64,000 nucleotides of DNA. It comes from Octopus sinensis. Its lineage: Eukaryota. The stretch is taken from the NCBI RefSeq assembly GCF_006345805.1, contig NC_043010.1:33170001-33234000 (forward strand), in the 5' to 3' direction. The notes beneath the pieces were generated by a model, which was not told the DNA's origin, did no database searches, and saw only the letters and a program-made list of their open reading frames with translations. Of the stretch, positions 62,221-64,000 are shown piece by piece. The translations under genes and the position numbers were made by a program. How positions within the stretch are numbered: the stretch's first letter is position 1; every line of letters starts with the position of its first letter.

Positions 62221-64000
62221 TAATCTGAATGCTAAAGGGTTAAACCACACACTTCTACAAAACTTTAAATATTGAGATAGTTTAGATTCAGTTTTTTTTT
62301 TTTTTTTTTTCATGTGACTGCTGAGATAACTGTTATATTGACTTAAATTCAGAAGAAAGGGGTTTTGTATGAGTAATAAAAAAAATAGGTGCCCACTCGA
62401 CTTTGGATATCCTGCTGCAGCTGTTGTTCCTTTTGTGCATTGTCCGTTTTTTTTTATTAGAAGCATTCAGTCTGTTTAAATGATTGAATGAAAAAAATTT
62501 AACAACCCACTCTGTAAGTTTGTGTTTGTATAATGATGGGTGGAAAAGCCACAAAAACCATAAAATCAACAAATTTCTATGGTTTTTATTGTTAGCAGAA
62601 ATAGGCTGCAAGCACTTTTAGAGCCCCGCCCAGTGAGTGTCGCAAACCTGTCTAATATTTGTAGGATATGACAGACTCGTTTCTCTTGTGCCGCTTGTGC
62701 GATGACAAAATGGAGTTAATTTATGCTGAGAACACATACTAACCAGCCTGGTGTTGAGTGTAGTGTTGTCTAGCCCTACACTATGACCAATCACATCTAT
62801 GCTGGTAGTAACCAAACACCTACATCAGCAGTGATGTAGGTTAAGCTGGTTGTTCTTACTCAGCAAACCAGTTTGTTTTCTTCTTACTTTCTGACAGTTT
62901 CTAACTTTAAGCAGGAAAAATAAAATTTTAAAAAAAGGTGGTAGGATAAGTAGGAGGTGACTATAGCTGTGATGATGTGGTAGGAGGTGACTATGGTGGT
63001 GGGGAGTAAGAAGGGGTGGCTATAGTGGTGGTAAGGTAAGTAGGGAGTGACTATAGTAGTGGTGGTGAATTGTTTTTCTTATTTACATAAAAACAAGTTT
63101 TTATGTTGTTTAACGTGATTGGACAAGCCCCTGATCCAAAGGTACTCTAGGTGACCATCCAAGTTAGTAGGATTACATTATTTGATGTCATTTATTTACC
63201 GAATACAATAAAGTGTGAATTGAGTGAAAATTTCACTGCTACATTTAGCAGGTCAAGTGACCATCTAGAAGCTTTTTCACAACATAGGTGAAATATATGT
63301 TATGGCATTCATGCCTTTCCAAAAGGTATCAGTTATATATGTTAAACAGTTTCAAATAAGAATTGAAACCATGAATGGCTGCACTACATACCAGCCAAAT
63401 GATGATGATGCCATGATGTTCATGTCTTTCTCAAAAGTATCAATGATTATTGGAATTGAAACTTGGCTGTAGAATGAATAAAATGTCAAGCAACCACCAC
63501 CCTCTAAGATGTTTTTTCATTGTGACTTTGTTCAAAAGTTGTTACAATCAGCAGCATCATCAATATTATAATAGGCACCAGCATTGCTGTGTGGTTAAGG
63601 ATCTTGCTTCCTAACCATGTGGTCTCAAGTTCAATTTCATTATGTAGCAGCTTGGGCAGCCAACCGAAACTTTGTGAATGGATTCGGTAGGCAGAAAATA
63701 GAAATGGCCTGTTGTGTGTGTGCATACATACCCTTATCTTGACATCACATGGTTGTAAATGAGTATCACCATCATACATGTTCATTTAATCTTCCATAAA
63801 GGAAGGACCTTAGAAATTTTGCCACAACATATTTTGTCTGACCCATGCAAGCATGGTAAAGTGGATGTTAAACGATGATGATTTCCATGCTGGCATGGGT
63901 TGGATTGGTCTGCTACACAGCAATTGTAATATTATTTAGAAATTATAGGGCAGCAAGCAGACAGAATTGTTAGCACACTAGGCAAAATGCTTAGCAACAT

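Overview
AT-rich, repeat-dense animal genomic DNA with spliceosomal introns. The tRNA-derived SINE families and TA/CA/GAT microsatellites resemble coleoid cephalopod (Octopus-like) DNA; that assignment is inference from recalled repeat sequences. I assembled four genes by hand from GT-AG boundaries and intron phases. (1) The last coding exon of Elongin C (+, 1881-2022). (2) A complete 7-exon, 247-aa PEMT-family gene (-, 4793-16215) that the ORF track misses; it keeps PEMT exon sizes, phases and transmembrane layout but has lost most conserved catalytic/SAM-binding motifs. (3) A complete 5-exon PEX13 (+, 24023-38671, 379 aa). (4) A complete RPS7 (-, 42976-52958) with a 5'TOP non-coding first exon. 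There is also a processed PTPA (PPP2R4) pseudogene fragment at about 22295-22665. The rest is mostly decayed mobile DNA: mariner/Tc1, piggyBac, pogo/Tigger, two Gypsy LTR elements, RTE and CR1-type LINEs, a Penelope-like remnant, SINEs, MITEs and a foldback. The most interesting observation is the intact but apparently catalytically degenerate PEMT homologue. Reference protein sequences used for comparison are recalled from memory and need checking by alignment. Mobile-element and repeat boundaries are approximate.
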